Positions 1-12,580 of a stretch of DNA of 64,000 bases are shown here, piece after piece. Source of the stretch: Bugula neritina (lineage: Eukaryota > Animalia > Bryozoa). The notes under the pieces are model-generated. The model was not told the origin of the DNA, ran no database searches, and was given only the letters and a program-made list of their open reading frames with translations. Every line of letters begins with the position of its first letter. Positions within the stretch are counted from its first letter, which is position 1. Both the position numbers and the translations under genes were made by a program. The stretch spans positions 124,001 to 188,000 of the forward strand of contig OZ037770.1 of NCBI GenBank assembly GCA_964035545.1, read 5' to 3'.

Positions 1-1758
1 CTGTGGGACTCCTGAGATTTGCTGCGGCCCTGTGTCTGCTGCTGTGCCTGCAGTTGTTCCTCTGCAATAGCAAACTTATAAAAATTAACCGATTACAATA
101 AAATATGTTACAACATGACTAGCAGTGTACATCACATGACTAGCAGTGTACATCACATGACTAGTTGTGTGTATCACATGACTAGCAGTGTGTATCACAT
201 GACTAGTTGTGTGTATCACATGACTAGTTGTGTGTATCACATGACTAGCAGTGTGTATCACATGACTAGCTGTGTGTATCACATGACTAGTTGTGTGTAT
301 CACATGACTAGCTGTGTGTATCACATGACTAGCAGTGTGTATCACATGACTAGCTGTGTGTATCACATGACTAGTTGTGTGTATCACATGACTAGTTGTG
401 TATATCACATGACTAGCTGTGTGTATCACATGACTAGCTGTGTGTATCACATGACTAGCTGTGTGTATCACATGACTAGCTGTGTGTTTCACAGTCTCTT
501 ACAGAGACTCCGTGAGTCAGAAATGAAAAGTAGTGAGTTGTGAGCAGCTCAAGACGTCTGCTAGAGTAGGAAGTGTTCATGAGAAATGAATAGGTCAAGG
601 TCAATGATGTGATAGTCCTGTGTAACTCACGAGTAACTCAACTCACCAGCATTGTAATGAAACCAAGACACTAACAGTTATAATTCACAGCCAACTTAGG
701 GAAAGGAAAGCAGCAGAGGCAGGAGTAAGGTCACCTGAGTGACCTGTGCTGGACAAGCAGAAGATAATGAAAAGACAGCTACTATTCCATGCTGCATGAT
801 AATACATAAAAGTATGGCAGTTTCAAATAATAAGTATATTGAGAAAGTAACAAAGTGTGCTGAGTGCACTCACTGCAACCAGAAGCTTTAAGACATACAG
901 TGACAAACCGGAAGTGAGAGATATTCTAAAGAATTGATACCTTGGGGTTGGCGGGTTGGAGACTATCAGGGTGACTGTGTATACATATTAATACAGTGAT
1001 AAGCATCAGTACTATCACTAGTAACTGTTGTAACTACTACTAGTACTACTGTTATATAACTACTACTAGTACTACTGTTATATAACTACTACTAGTACTA
1101 CTGTTATGTAACTACTACTAGTACTACTGTTATGTAACTACTACTAGTACTACAGTTATATAACTACTACTAGTACTACTGTTATATAACTACTACTAGT
1201 ACTACTGTTATATAACTACTACTAGTACTACTGTTATATAACTACTACTAGTACTACTGTTATATAACTACTACTAGTACTACTGTTATATAACTACTAC
1301 TAGTACTACTGTTATATAACTACTACTAGTACTACTAACACCGCTGCTACTAGATTGATCTCTTCTAAAACAAGACAGACTAGAGTGACTAAAAACTATA
1401 AACTAGACAGAAAGCTACCTTCTGTTGTAAGCAGCCAACCTCACCAGTTATCTGATAGCATTTAAGTCCAGGATCAAACAGGTGGTTAAAGCTAGTAGTT
1501 TGCTAACTCAATCATAAAGTCACTGAGTCATTCAGTTATAGTCACTGAGCTATTCAGTCATAGAGTCACTTAGTTACTTACTCATTGAGTCACTGAGTTA
1601 CTCAGTCATAAAGTCACTGAGTCAGTCAGTCACTACTGTGTCGTTAGTCACTACTTAGTTAGTCACTACTGGGTTACTTTAGTTAGTGCACTCACTCGCA
1701 TACTTTTAGTCTCTTACTTTTAGCCGAGATCAATCTGAGTAGCCTCAATGATGCAGAC
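1..1758 (-). CDS. Possible further 3' exons of TTLL10 (low-complexity tail running off the window)
   Basis: The donor at 2053 (phase 2) can join candidate exons 1758-1696, 974-941 and 61-1, each flanked by plausible AG/GT and open in compatible frames; no recognisable domain. Confidence 0.35.
113..490. repeat. 21-bp minisatellite (CATGACTAGYTGTGTGTATCA)n
   Basis: About 18 tandem copies; source of ORFs 85-492 and 115-543. Confidence 0.95.
1030..1336. repeat. 26-bp minisatellite (TAACTACTACTAGTACTACTGTTATA)n
   Basis: Direct tandem copies visible. Confidence 0.95.
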
Positions 1759-2049
1759 CTAAATATAGATTAGAGTGAGTCAAATTAGAAGCGGTTAAAT
1801 GACTAACTACTATCACTGTCAGTATAATCAGTCTCTCTACTTCCCACTATCACTAACACTCTCACTATCACTATCATTACTGTGAGCACCACCAACCTCA
1901 ACTCTCACTACTACTACTACCTCCACTCTCACTATTACTTCTACCTCCACTCTCACTATTACTTATTATATCCACTATTACACTATTACTTCTATTCCGA
2001 CAGCCAGTAGTTCACTTAGTACGAGAGTTATACTGTACTGTCTCCTAGC

Positions 2050-5000
2050 CTACCTTGCCCTCGCGGAAATTTGCTGCGGACCTTGAGGAGCTGCATTCAC
2101 AAGTGGCTTGTGGTAAGATGCGGTATTCTCTTGACTCGTAGCTACCGGAGGATTGTCCACTTCTAGTGCATCAGATTCAACATCCTCTCTAACAGAGACA
2201 GAGCTGTTCGTGTTGTGACTATACGGAGCAGTTTGCAGGTCTTCAGAGGAGACAATCCCCGCATACTCCACTCTACTAACCCTGCTAGTACGCCTGCTGC
2301 GGCTAGCCAGTGTACCGAGGTTGGCTATGTTGTTCTTTATGTAGTTGGTGCCCGTGACGGCACCATTGCCTGCTTTACTCACTGCACAGTTCAATGACTT
2401 GCTCTGAGCTTCACCTGTTTCCTTAGAAGACTTTACAGGGGACCTGTTTCTATACCCCCAACCTTGCTCCTGTGAACAACAGATCTACAGCTACAGCATT
2501 ACTATAGTATCTACTATATACTTACCTTACTATAGTATCTACTATATACTTACCTTACTATAGTATCTACTATATACTTACCTTACTATAGTATCTACTA
2601 TATACTTACCTTACTATAGTATCTACTATATACTTACCTTACTATAGTATCTACTATATACTTACTTAGTCCAATGAGGTAAGTATCAACTAGGTACTCA
2701 CTCTACTACGTACTTACTCTACTAGGTACTTACTCTACTAGGGACTTACTCTACTACGTACTTACTCTACTACGTACTTATTCTACTACGTACTTACTCT
2801 ACTAGAATGCTGACCAACTCTCACATTTCGACTCCTCACAGGTGACTGACTGGTCTTGTGTGGAGGAAGGGAAGTTTGAGCTGAGCCACCAGACGGCTTG
2901 TCACCACTGGGGTTAGACTGAGTTTCTAAACTATTGCTAATAGAGGTAGGCTGGTGAGCGGAAGCACTCGCAGACTTGGGGCAGGCATTGTACAGCATAT
3001 GGAAGGTTCCCAGGTTCTGTAGAGGTAGAAGGGGCTGGTTTTTCTTTGCTTTCTCAAAGCATTCCAACGCCAGATCTAAACATTATGGTAGGAAATGCTA
3101 CACTTTTCAGTATGCAACTTGAGAGTTGCCTTACTCTACATGTTAACTTTCTGTACAGTAATTTGGAGCAGATAACAGCAATTACCACAGGCCCAACTAA
3201 GGGTCAAAGTGGGTATTTACTATACCAGACTTACCAATAGTTCCAGCTAGAATGCCGGGTAAATTCTCTTTGAGTACTTCACAGTTTACGTGCATTGCAG
3301 GGTTTACATTGATCTCTATCAGCCAAATCTTCATATCGCTGTCTATCATGAAATCAAACCCGTAGATGTCAAACAAGCCTAGACGACTCTGAAGTTTATG
3401 CTTTACGCTGTTGAAGCAGTACTTCATGATTGCCTTTATCTGTTTCTACAACACAGCAAGAAAAGGTTATTTCTTCGACTAGCTGTTTGGTGAGAGAGTT
3501 ACAAAGTGTAGTATAGACTCTGATAGAGGATACGATATCAGCACACCTCAAAGTGGTTGAGCACCCAGTCTGTCTCTATGCCTTTCTCCTCCTCAACTGT
3601 TTCATTCACATACTGATTGAACTTCTCCATTGACCACACAGTGTCTTCCTTCATGTCTTTGTAATTCTCTACTTTCTTCTGCACATACTGTGAGTAGAAG
3701 TCAAATACCATTCGATATTGAAGCATCGGTTACCTACTCTATGAGTGAGTGAGTGAGTGAGTGAGTATTCAGTGAGAGAGTGAATGAGTGAGTGAGTATT
3801 CAGTGAGTGAATGAGTATTCAGTGAGAGTGAGTGAGTAAGTAAGTATTCAGTGAGAGTGAGTGAGTTAGTGAGTGATAATTGATCAGTAAAATGGTGCAA
3901 TTCAAGCTGCCAGTACTATTACCATGCTTACTGTATACAAGCTAAACATTGAGAGATGCATACAAACCTGATTGGTTAGATGAGTAGAAAGGTCAAGGCT
4001 ATCTAGATTATATTCCTCACACGTGACCCTGACATAACCTTTGTGATACAAGACAATGAACGGTAGAGTGCTGGGAATCATCATGTAAGCTCTGATATCA
4101 AATTTCTTCCTCTCCACGAGGAGGGGCTTCTCAATGTACCTCTGAACTATGAGAGGCATGAGTGGTTTGGTCCTCCTGGCCTGCTTCCTCTGCTCTCTGT
4201 CTGCCAGCATCTTATCTATCTGCTCCTGGGACCTGATCAGAAATATTCCTTTTCCTTGATTCAGTCCTGTTGGCTTGCAGATCCATATTTCTCCATCTGA
4301 AAATACGGTATACTATGTAGTGTGTACTGTATACTATGTAGTGTGTACTGTATACTATGTAGTGTGTACTGTATACCATGTAGTGTGTACTGTATACTAT
4401 GTAGTGTGTACTGTATACCATGTAGTGTGTACTGTATACTATGTAGTGTGTACTGTATACTATGTAGTGTGTACTGTATACTATGTAGTGTGTACTGTAT
4501 ACCATGTAGTGTGTACTGTATACCATGTAGTGTGTACTGTATATCATGTAGTATGTACTGTATACTATGTAGTGTGTACTGTATACCATGTAGTGTGTAC
4601 TGTATACTATGTAGTGTGTACTGTATACTATGTAGTGTGTACTGTATACCATGTAGTGTGTACTGTATACTATGTAGTGTGTACTGTATACTATGTAGTG
4701 TATACTGTATACCATGTAGTGTGTACTGTATACTATGTAGTGTGTACTGTATACCATGTAGTGTGTACTGTATACTATGTAGTGTGTACTGTATACTATG
4801 TAGTGTATACTGTATACCATGTAGTGTGTACTGTATACTATGTAGTGTGTACTGTATACCATGTAGTGTGTACTGTATACTATGTAGTGTGTACTGTATA
4901 CTATGTAGTGTATACTGTATACTATGTAGTGTGTACTGTATACCATGTAGTGTGTACTGTATACTATGTAGTGTGTACTGTACACTATGTAATACAAACC

Positions 5001-7156
5001 CTTGTAAACATCTAAAAAAGTTTCTCTGTCTTTCAGCTGATCAATTCTGTAGGTCTCAGGGACAAAGTCACTCATCTTCAGCTTTACGCGGTCCCCTTTG
5101 AGAGCCCCGACTACTCTGCTGTATTCACTGAGGCTATTATATAGCCCGAGTTTGTTGGTGAGTAAACTGCAGTTGGGTATTCGGTTTACCAGCTGTTCGC
5201 CATCTCTACAGTATGCAGTATATTCTATAGTATAGAGATAGCATGTGTATATATTCTAGGATATACAGTATATAAATAACATAGGAGTATATTCTAGGAT
5301 ATACAGTATAGAGATAACATAGGAGTATATTCTAGGATATACAGTGTATAAATAACATAGGAGTATATTCTAGGATATACAGTATATAAATAACATAGAA
5401 GTATATTCTAGGATATACAGTATATAAATAACATAGGAGTATATTCAAGCACCTGAAAGCACCGTAGTTCACCTGGCCATTCACTTCAATCCACTTGAGC
5501 TTCCAGTTGAAGTTCTGCTTGTCTGCAATTTTCTTCCAACCCAAAGAGTTTAAGTACGCATCAACACTAAATGAGTAGTAAAGAGTTATATAATATAATT
5601 TATGTAGAGTCATGTGCTATGTAGAGACATGTGCTATATAAAGTTATGTGCTATATAGGGTTATGTGCTATGTAGAGTCATGTGCTATATAGAGTTATGT
5701 GCTATGTAGAGTAATATAATATACATCACTTCCTGATATGCTACAAACTCAATGATCTATGTATTCTCAATAGAAAGATAGTGTATTAGAGTTTTTGGTC
5801 TTACATAGGGCCACCATTTCCCCCACAGATTTGGTAAGATGCCATGTTAGTTGGGAGACTCAACAGTTTTATCCGAGCATTGTGTTCTGCTTTACGCCTT
5901 CTTTTACGTCTTTTTTTAGGAGATGAATATTCTGAGAACTCAGCAACCTCTGTAAGTATTGCTAGTACTTGTAGCTCACACTGATTTCATCAAATTAGAA
6001 TTACAGTTCAACCTCGTAAAATCATCAAACATTGCGTGAGGTTGAATTCAAGTAATTAGTTTCAAAAGATCAGCTAGGACACTAAGTCAAAGTTGAGTCA
6101 AGCTCGTAACTATTCAAGTTGATTGCTAACTAAGCTGAATCTAGTCAAGTCCAAACAATATATTATTAATGTTGAGTTTGACAAAGACTTTACTTATTTT
6201 AATTAAATTTGAATTGATTTGCAATTATGTCTTTAATCAAGTCATTCGATGTCTTGCTCATTTACACATTGACATAAATTTAATAGAGAATAGTGCATCA
6301 ATTCAGAATAAAAAATATAAATTAAATTTAACTAGTACCGCCAGCTTGAAGTACTTGAAAATTTATACTTTAAGTTTTATTAATCATAAATTAAAATATA
6401 GCAACTATGATAGAATAAAATCATTTAATTTAATAGCTACTAAATCTTAATAAGCATTTAAGAATCATAGCATTAGTTTAAATAACATAGAAAAAAAACT
6501 TTCTTTGCCAGTTAATATTTAAATTTAATCCATATATTAAAATAATTCTCAAGACTTGCAGCAATTCAAGTCCAGTCAGTGAGTTACCAGCTTAACCATT
6601 TTAGCACGCTGATTTGGGCCCAAGTTTTTAATTAATTGAAACAGCCAATTCAACATCACTAAGATATTATATTGATTGAGACCTGGCAGTAACCGGCACT
6701 AAAACTAAAAGTCAAGACGGGCTCACAAAAATGGTTAAATCAGTGAGCAAAATCAAGATCCATAAACACAAAATGAAAATATCAATTACAAGAATAGCCG
6801 ATCTACTTGAGTTGCACAAAGCAGGGTCTAAGCTAACGTCATATGTTTGGTAGCAATACCGTTCACAATGACAAATCAATAACTTTAAGTTTATTTTAGT
6901 TTGAGTTTGTCAAAATGAAAATGTCAATCTCATTCACAATGACAATCACAATGCGAGTGATCACTAGCAGAATCAATAAACATCAGTATGATTGGGCTGG
7001 CAGTAAGCCTGTCGTAGACGTAATTACTGTTAACTTACCTGAGCAATATATTGACTCAATATTAGCAGTAGACTGATCCAAAAATATCTCTGCGGGAGTT
7101 TCAGCTTGTGCTCGATCTACCTCGTCTGCGGCGCATACACTAATACTTGTAGACAT
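2050..7156 (-). CDS. TTLL10: Tubulin polyglycylase TTLL10-like (TTL/ATP-grasp), multi-exon, about 653 aa
   Basis: Exons (minus strand, GT-AG, phases consistent): 7156-7039 ([15 protein letters not shown]..), 5949-5805 (..[10 protein letters not shown]), 5566-5453 (..WKLKWIE..YGAFR), 5205-5000 ([27 protein letters not shown]), 4296-3968 ([39 protein letters not shown]), 3687-3547 ([15 protein letters not shown]), 3445-3235 ([24 protein letters not shown]), 3075-2798, 2469-2050 (to TAG if the donor at 2053 is read through). GGNG, GEQL..IPN..LLT.K.GL, NQGKG and HLTNQ.QKK..TVW are TTLL10-type motifs. Confidence 0.9.
2498..2803. repeat. 28-bp and 16-bp intronic tandem repeats in TTLL10
   Basis: (TTACTATAGTATCTACTATATACTTACC)n followed by (TACTTACTCTACTASG)n; the latter includes the exon donor at 2797. 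Confidence 0.9.
4308..4990. repeat. 21-bp intronic minisatellite (GTATACYATGTAGTGTGTACT)n
   Basis: About 32 copies filling TTLL10 intron 4999-4297. Confidence 0.95.
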
Positions 7157-7404
7157 ATAATATTAATAATTATTATATAGTTCAATCAATATATTATTTT
7201 ATATTCACCAGACCAGCTGGCGTAGGTGACTGCTCACTAGAATCAGAGCACAAAATTTATCGGATTATCCAGTCAGTCACACTGCGATTGGCATGCACAA
7301 CCTACACTCCAGGCTACCAGGCCCAGTTCAGTGGTTGGATAAAACAGTCGTTGAGTATTGCCAACAGCGTGAGTATTCAACCTTCGTTTCACGCACGAGA
7401 GTAC

Positions 7405-7417
7405 GTTACCTAGCAAC
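7405..7417. promoter_or_regulatory. RFX X-box upstream of TTLL10
   Basis: GTTACCTAGCAAC matches the RFX palindromic consensus, about 250 bp upstream of the TTLL10 ATG; typical of ciliary genes. Confidence 0.65.
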
Positions 7418-8554
7418 CATTGATGTGTCTGGTAATCACCCTTGTTATTTTAAGGCATTGAACTGTAGAGGACTTGTTTGATAAACCTGCGTGTAATTTA
7501 TTTAGTGCTCCATTATGTATCAGTGGTGCAGCTGAATGCTAGAGTAACGAAAATAATTATAAAGTAAATGTGATAAACTCGATGCAACATATTTAGTAAA
7601 AACTGAAAAAATACTTCTATGTTTTGACTTTTGAAAATAAACATGGCCCATTAAAAACTCAGCCAAATTAGTATACTAATTACTATTACTGCATCTTATT
7701 AATAAAAAGTAAAAGCATAATTCAACTGTTATTTATTTATGATTGTATCAGTCTTGTGATGTATCTTCATGTCTATGAAACTGAAATTACTCTGTTGTGC
7801 ATAGTCCATGACGTTAACAGTGGTTAAAATCATTGAAATATAAATTTCAACACATGCAGTGGTTACAATGCTATGAAACCACAACCGTGAGAGACTATAG
7901 TTAAATGGAGCCTGCAGTTGAAGGTGGGCAGTTCTTAATTTTTATAAACCTACTATGTATGCCTACAAGTTTATAAACCTTCCTAATGCAACTCTGGCGC
8001 TGTGGGCGGAGCCTCAGACCACACCTAAATTCATTATATTATTTAACATGTTTTGCTGGCTGATTGGCTATATGTTGAGCTAGAGAGGAAAAATACGCCT
8101 AGAGATATCTGGTCCGTTATGTTTTTGTACCAAGTCATGATGCAAGTAGAGATATTACATTTCATATGTATTGTATACATATAAGAATATTTAACCAAAC
8201 AACATAGGATAAAATTAAATAAAGAATTGAGAAGAGCAGAGTGATTGTCACAAACTTTTCAATTCAAAAGTTCAACTGAGCATGAAGAGTGAGTACCAGT
8301 ACAGGTAAGTCTAGGAAAAAGGAATAATTTAATAATATATAGTACAATATAACAGTAATATAAAAAGAATATAATACAATAATAATATAGAAAGAATATG
8401 ATACAATAATAAAAGTGATATAATACTAATAGTTGTATGTAATAATGTAATGTAATAGTATTTAGCCAGCTAAATATTATAATATAACATTTATTGTTCT
8501 GAAATGATAAGTTTTGCAAAATAAAAAATTTTGCTGGGGACAAATATTTGTGTT

Positions 8555-11500
8555 TCATAAAATAATCTCTCTAGTCTGAGTTCCAACAGTACTCTCTCTA
8601 GTCTGAGTTCCAACAGTACTCTCTCTAGTCTGAGTTCCAACAGTACTCTCTCTAGTCTGAGTTCCAACAGTACTCTCTCTAGTCTGAGTTCCAACAGTAC
8701 TCTCTCTAGTCTGAGTTCCAACAGTACTCTCTCTAGTCTGAGTTCCAACAGTACTCTCTCTAGTCTGAGTTCCAACAGTACTCTCTCTAGTCTGAGTTCC
8801 AACAGTATTCTCTCTAGTCTGAGTTCCAACAGTACTCTCTCTAGTCTGAGTTTCAACAGTACTCTCTCTAGTCTGAGTTCCAACAGTACTCTCTCTAGTC
8901 TGAGTTCCAACAGTACTCTCTCTAGTCTGAGTTCCAACAGTACTCTCTCTAGTCTGAGTTCCAACAGTACTCTCTCTAGTCTGAGTTCCAACAGTACTCT
9001 CTCTAGTCTGAGTTCCAACAGTACTCTCTCTAGTCTGAGTTCCAACAGTATTCTCTCTAGTCTGAGTTCCAACAGTACTCTTTCTAGTCTGAGTTCCAAC
9101 AGTATTCTCTCTAGTCTGAGTTCCAACAGTATTCTCTCTAGTCTGAGTTCCAACAGTATTCTCTCTAGTCCGAGTTCCAACAGTATTCTCTCTAGTCTGA
9201 GTTCCATCACTAAACGCATGCTGAGCGGGCAGAGGCCAACCCTCATCTAATGGAAATAACAGTTACAATATACAGCATAATGCACAGAGAAAGTATAAAC
9301 TGCAGAAATATAAAGAAGCAGAAAGAGCAAGCTGCAGGATATACCTTCACTCTCAGTACCGCTGGCGTCTTCATCTGGTGGACAGGAAGTGCTTGTGTCT
9401 GTCTGTTCGGGTTTGTGGGTGAAGAATATTGATTTCTCGGAGGGAATGAAGTGATGAGTCAGTTTCCAAGGGTGTGCGTCGCAATGACTATAAATATAGA
9501 CATATTATATTACTATATTATCATATTACTATATTATTATATTACTGTATTATTGTATTACTATATTATTATATTACTATATTATTGTATTACTATATTA
9601 TTATATTACTATATTATTGTATTACTATATTATTATATTACTATATTACTATATTATTATATTACTATATTATTGTATTACTATATTATTGTATTACTAT
9701 ATTATTATATTACTATATTATTGTATTACTATATATATTATATTACTATATTATTGTATTACTATATTACTATATTATTATATTACTATATTATTATATT
9801 ACTATATTATTGTATTACTATATTATTATATTATTATATTATTATATTACTATATTATTATATTACTGTATTATTGTATTACTATATTATTATATTACTA
9901 TATTATTGTATTACTATATTATTATATTACTATATTACTATATTATTATATTACTATATTACTATATTATTATATTACTATATTATTGTATTACTATATT
10001 ATTGTATTACTATATTATTATATTACTATATTATTGTATTACTATATATATTATATTACTATATTATTGTATTACTATATTACTATATTATTATATTACT
10101 ATATTATTATATTACTATATTATTGTATTACTATATTATTATATTATTATATTACTATATTATTATATTACTGTATTATTGTATTACTATATTATTATGT
10201 TACTATATTATTGTATTACTACATTACTATATTATTATACTATTAAACATAGCCAACCTTTTGCACTCTCCACTCAGCCATGTGTCAATGGATTTGAAGA
10301 TGTAAGTTGGGGAATGATAACTCCTAGCTTCAAACTTGTAGCTCTTGTGTATCTCCACATGGCCACGCTGCCATCTGGCTCCTATAGTCTTCTCTCCTTC
10401 ACCCAACCAAATCTCAACGTGTACAATATCGTGTTTCTGTCTTTTACCTAGTTACAGTATTATAGTATATAGTATATAACATATAGTATAGAGTATATAG
10501 TAAGTAGCGGATATAGACTCACATCTAGGGTTGTAGTAAGTAGCGGATATAGACTCACATTTAGGGTTGTAGTAAGTAGCGGATACAGACTCACATTTAG
10601 GGTTGTAGTAAGTAGCGGATATGAACACCAGATCTCCTGGCAGCATGTCAGCTTCATGCTCCACTCTGATTGGCAGAGTGTCGTACTGGTAGGCTTGGTT
10701 CCACGGCCCAAACTCGAACCCAAAATCATCCTTTAGATCTCTAACTATTTTCCTGACAAGACCGCAGCAGTCAAGGAAGAGTTGAGAGTTATATTCAGCT
10801 TCTGAAGAGAAGACAATACACTAGTAGTTGTCCTCTCAATATATTGTATAGTCGGACAACTCTCAGCACACGAGTAGTTGTCCTCTCAACATACCGTATA
10901 GTAGGACAACTCTCAGCACACGAGTAGTTGTCCTCTCCACATACCGTATAGTAGGGCAACTCCCAGCATACTAGTAGTTGTCCTCTCAACATACTGTATA
11001 GCAGGACAACTCCCAGCACACGAGTAGTTGTCCTCTCAACATACTGTATAGCAGGACAACTCCCAGCACACTAGTAGTTGTCCTCTCAATATACCGTATA
11101 GTAGGACAACTCCCAGCACATATCACACTAGACTGCTAGAGTATCTCTTACCATCTTCACTCCAGTAACGTCTGGCGTAAGGAACACCAAAGTACTTCTT
11201 AGCCTGACCTACAAACTTCTCTCTCAACTTTTGTTTGTATTCTGCTGTGTGGGTGTCTCTTATTGCTGCTTCTCTTGACACTCTTGCTGTCTCTACTGCT
11301 GCCTATGAAACCAGAAAACTACCACTAGTAGGACTACAGTACACCTCCTCCAGTATACAATAATACACAATGGTACACAGGTGTATATTACTATTTCCAA
11401 CAGTGCACGTGTAAAAACCTTATATAACCTCAGAATTTACCAGGGTAGTCCAGGTAAAATATGTCGTAATAGAATGCCTCACCAACATGGCTTCATGGAA

Positions 11501-12509
11501 TCTATTACAGTCGCCAATCACTAGACTATAACAATCACCAACACTATAGGAGCTAACTAACCCAGTGGAATACTATAATACTTATGAGTATACTTGTATT
11601 ATAATACTTATGAGTATACTTGTATTATAATACTTATGAGTATACTTGTATTATAATACTTATGAGTATACTTGTATTATAATACTTATGAGTATACTTG
11701 TATTATAATACTTATGAGTATACTTGTATTATAATACTTATGAGTATACTTGTATTATAATACTTATGAGTATACTTGTAGTATAATACTTATGAGTATA
11801 CTTGTATTATAATACTTATGAGTATACTTGTATTATAATACTTATGAGTATACTTGTATTATAATACTTATGAGTATACTTGTATTATAATACTTATGAG
11901 TATACTTGTATTATAATACTTATGAGTATACTTGTATTATAATACTTATGAGTATACTTGTATTATAATACTTATGAGTATACTTGTATTATAATACTTA
12001 TGAGTATACTTGTATTATAATACTTATGAGTATACTTGTATTATAATACTTATGAGTATACTTGTATTATAATACCGGCTCAAAACTCACACGAATAAAA
12101 TCTAGAACAAAAGGTCGTGGAATCACGGAAAGCTTAAAATTGGTTCATCAAGTTGATTAATTGGATAATAATCTCCACATCTTTCTTTAAATCAAACAAT
12201 AGTCTGGCGTAGTGCGTGGGCCTTTATAAATCCCCCTCTAATACTTCTTTACCCCCCCCCCCCATTCCTAAAGCTAAAACACAGATCAGTGTACTGAAGG
12301 CACTAGCTCTAGTATATGGTATATAAAGTAATATCATATACAACACTTACAGTGAGATTGGTGTATTATTTAGTCTAGAACATGTAATATGGCATTCAGA
12401 ACATAATGTGTGACCTATGTAGTGCAGCAAATAAAGTATGCTTCAAGGGATAGACTACCATAGGTGTACTGTACTTAGCCACTGACATCTACAGCTGATA
12501 ACACACCAT

Positions 12510-12580
<71 letters not shown>

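Noticed and set aside
85-5101. Long repetitive ORFs ([20 protein letters not shown])
   Set aside because: Translations of stop-free intronic 21-bp minisatellites; true exons flank them with GT-AG.
8491-9246. ORF-track protein (LLELRLERV)n as a leucine-rich or coiled-coil protein
   Set aside because: Its ATG coincides with a splice acceptor; the upstream exon phase selects the TQT frame instead, and there is no evidence of a separate promoter.
10258-11302. Recent bacterial HGT or contamination as the source of the NlpC/P60 domain
   Set aside because: The gene has multiple spliceosomal introns with host-type minisatellites; any transfer would be ancient and cannot be judged here.
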